From positions 62,001 through 126,000 of the forward strand of contig NW_020847128.1 of NCBI RefSeq assembly GCF_003704095.1: DNA of 64,000 nt, given 5' to 3'. The position numbers and the translations under genes are program-made. The stretch is from Pocillopora damicornis. Lineage: Eukaryota. Every line of letters begins with the position of its first letter. The first letter of the stretch is position 1. The notes beneath the pieces are model-generated. The model was given only the letters and a program-made list of their open reading frames with translations, searched no databases and was not told the DNA's origin. Positions 1 to 64,000 of the stretch are shown one piece after another.

Positions 1-539
1 ATTTTTTTTTAGATAAATAATTTAGTTTCCAATGTAAAGAAGCAAGTTACGCATTTCTGTCTAGGCCTTTACAAAACATCTTTGTAGTCTCCAGGAGGCT
101 AATTTTAAAGGTATTTATTTAAAGAGAAACGTCTCGCTTTTGTCTTTGAATTCAAGGAGGTCTGTCAAGGAGCATCTACACCTGTGACAGGTGTAGATGC
201 TCCTTCGTGATCTTACTATTGCGCCCACGATTTATCGCAATCTTTCAGCCGGGATACCAAATCCCACAGCCTGTGGACTCTTTCTGTCCTTTGAAATCGG
301 TGATAATACTGAAGATCAGGGAATTATTTCAGCACCTCTTTCTGGTAGAACGCATTCGAAAACAATTAAAAACAGTTATCGAAAACACGTTTCTTACACA
401 ACCCTAGCAAACAAGGACTTTGCATGAACCTCAACAAGCTACACACGTGTTTCTTGGGTTTTTTTTTAAATTTTAATTTTCAGACAAGGAGTAGATAAAT
501 AGAATAAGAGAGATGGCAATTTTTTTTTTTTTTTATCGA

Positions 540-625
540 AACGCGGAATATGAAGGTCTGAGGTTCGATTCCTCATGGAGACTCAGAATTTTTTCTTCGT
601 GACAAGACGGAAAACATCCTTCTCT
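540..625 (+). mobile_element. Fragment of a second tRNA-derived SINE family
   Basis: B box GGTTCGATTCC followed by ..TCGTGACAAGACG..AAACATC; an inverted fragment of the same tail is at ~26208-26253. Confidence 0.55.
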
Positions 626-1585
626 AAGGAGTAGATAGCTTCAGAACGCTTTGGCGATTGTGTCGCAAAGACAAAGCTGGTGAAAAAAATGATAGGAACA
701 AATTTAAGGGAATTAGAAAAATACATAAAAAAACGTGACCGCCGCTGACCAAGTCATGATTTGAAACTTTAGTGTGGAACATGAAAAACTGAGAGAATGG
801 CGCAAATTTTGGAGACCAATGATAACGTGAAGTACAGTACAACCAGTCAATTCCCACTGGACTACTTTTTAGAATCAGTGCATTGTCAATCCATTCACCT
901 TACAAGTGATACTAGAGTTCACCAGCGCACTCTTATTGATAGAGATTAATTACTTTTTAAAATAATCAAAACCCGGTCCAAGCGATCGCTCATAGGCAAT
1001 ATCAGACTACAGAATAGCTTACCATTAAATTTTCGTTGGAGAAAAAGAAAGGTCATGTGCTGGAACGGCATGGTTGGTGAATAGATGTAACGTAATTTGT
1101 ATGTTACACAGGAAAGACTTGAGAGGTCACTTTAGTCGCTCTAAGAGTTATTTCTGCAGGAAGTCAAACCAGGATGGATTGCAATTAGGTAGCTTGCGCC
1201 ATTTTCGGCTGTATGTTTTCTCAGCGAAGGAGACAAAACTTGACACGAAAGACTGTTTTCTCAAGCTAGAAATGAATAAGATCCCTTTTTTGGCGTTTTC
1301 CCGCCAATTCTCCCTGGGTTCCTTCGGCTGAAACCGGAAAGGGACGGGGATGCCATTCTAAAAAAAAAAATGGTTTTAAAAATTTAATTAATCTGATCTT
1401 CGCACCAATTAACAGTAGCCTCCAATAGTTAGTCGACTTCAAAGTAGACATAGACACATATTAAAGTTCTCACAGCAACCAGGTGGACAATCAGACATGG
1501 CGGTTTGCTTCCTGACGCCTATTTACACCTCGTCAGAAAAAAGGCCGCTAATTAATGATCATATAAAAGGACCTTGTTGCAGCGT

Positions 1586-1637
1586 TAGATCACCCCTGAT
1601 GAAGGCACTAGACAGGAGTGTCGAAACGTTAGGTCTA
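1586..1637 (+). ncRNA. Minimal type-I hammerhead ribozyme of the Penelope/retrozyme kind
   Basis: Core CTGATGA (1596-1602), stem II GGCACT/AGTGTC, GAAA (1623-1626), palindromic AACGTT in place of helix III, and stem I TAGA..CC / GG-TCTA. Confidence 0.7.
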
Positions 1638-2815
1638 TGAATTATCACTTCTTCGGTCATATTCATTAAATCTGTAAACCAGAGTAGCATCAAACCATGT
1701 CTAGACATGCACATTTACAATGAATTTATGTTATCCCAAGTGGCCAATAGATTGCACAATCAGACAGAAAACGAACTATGATAAAATTAAAAAGGGGTTG
1801 ATTGGGTGCTGAGTAACCCCTTCATGATACCTGCCGAATATTTGAAAATTTCCGGAAGTGAAAGGTGGCAAGTCGTTACCGGAAAATGTTTTTCTTTGTT
1901 GGTTGCAGGCCAAAAAGAAATGTCTGAATATGGATGAAAATATGCCTTTCTACAGCGTATAGACCATTTAGCGATTAGTTGTGAAGGACTTACTTTCAAT
2001 TGGAATTAAATTTGTTAGTTTGGTGCACAGATCGTTCAAGATATGTTTTGAAAACCGATACGAGTTTATGTGGCTGCAATCCGCTAATGACAAAGAGGTA
2101 TTGACAAACATGATATTGCTTACGTAACGGACACTCCCCACCATATTTGAATTTTTTCTCGCTGACCTCTGTTCGATAAATAGCATATAAACCGGATCAC
2201 AAAAATAATCAATACTCCATTTCATCACGAGCAATATCTCCTGAGGAATTTCTTCCCAATATTCCTTGGTGACTCCACTAAATTTCTTGGGCCTATCAAA
2301 CATGGAAAAGTAGTATATCTCTTTCATCACTGGACTAAAGATCTCAAGGCAGGCAAAGTGTCTGGATGAAATTAAACTGTTGATAACTTGGCTCAAAAAT
2401 TAGTCTGGAGGAAATTAGAAGTAAACAATGCTGAGCTTTGTTATTTTTTACATGATGAGAATTTCACACTACATCTAGAATTGTATATTCTACTTAGTGA
2501 CTCAAGGTCATTGTTTAGAACTTGTTGAGAGAAACCGGATAAGGATCAACCTTGAAAATTAATGCGTTACTCATGCTGACCCCCTGGAGGTATCTGCAAC
2601 TCGAAACGTGTGTAAATTTCTTTTGCCGCTCTCAGTGCGAGAGAAGATTGACATTCTAGTAAGTGTAAACATCAACTATGGCTGAAACATAAACCATTTA
2701 GTGATTCAAATGTTAATTTTTGGAAGCATTTAGAGACTAAGGCTTCTTGTTTTTGCGATATTCCTTCGATAGGAGTGGACAAAGTCGTCTCTTGCGAGTT
2801 TCTCGCTGGTACGGA

Positions 2816-63800
<60,985 letters not shown>

Positions 63801-64000
63801 GTAGTTGGGATGTTAACATTTTTTGATCGAAAAGTTTTCTTCTTGGAGAAGAGTTGGTGTGATCAAAGCAGATTAATGTGGTATTTATTTAGAAATATCC
63901 ACCACAAAATACGCCTATCTGGGTAGATACGGCTGGTTCTAAAGTTCTCTGTCGTTTTTATCTCCTGATCGCTCATCTGACATGCACATCTTAACTCACC

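Overview
Eukaryotic (metazoan) genomic DNA. The repeat families suggest a cnidarian, probably a stony coral; this is inference. Almost the whole window is one very large + strand gene for a secreted or cell-surface protein that the ORF track cannot show because its exons are short. Reading splice sites by hand gives: a signal-peptide exon (2816-2876), a 57-nt propeptide exon with an RKAR proprotein-convertase site (6832-6888), one C-type lectin domain exon (7783-8163), then about 105 intact single-domain EGF exons (11111-63800). About 91 of these are calcium-binding type and 14 are non-calcium-binding and mostly Pro-containing. Every exon is phase 1-1 and a multiple of 3 nt. The gene runs off the right edge, so the protein exceeds 4,300 aa. 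No fibrillin TB/8-Cys domain was seen. About 25 decayed or truncated EGF exon relics lie between the intact exons, and there are recent 1-exon and 3-exon tandem duplications and an older higher-order repeat, so the array records exon birth and death. Several truncated exons stay in frame and keep an even number of cysteines. Introns carry piggyBac-type TTAA MITEs, other MITEs, tRNA-derived SINEs and Penelope/retrozyme-type elements. One apparently intact minimal hammerhead ribozyme lies at 1586-1637. Assembly gaps: 5557-5656, 34776-34945, 47643-47652, 56165-56264, 58169-58268. Counts and coordinates were read manually and may be off by a few exons or bases.
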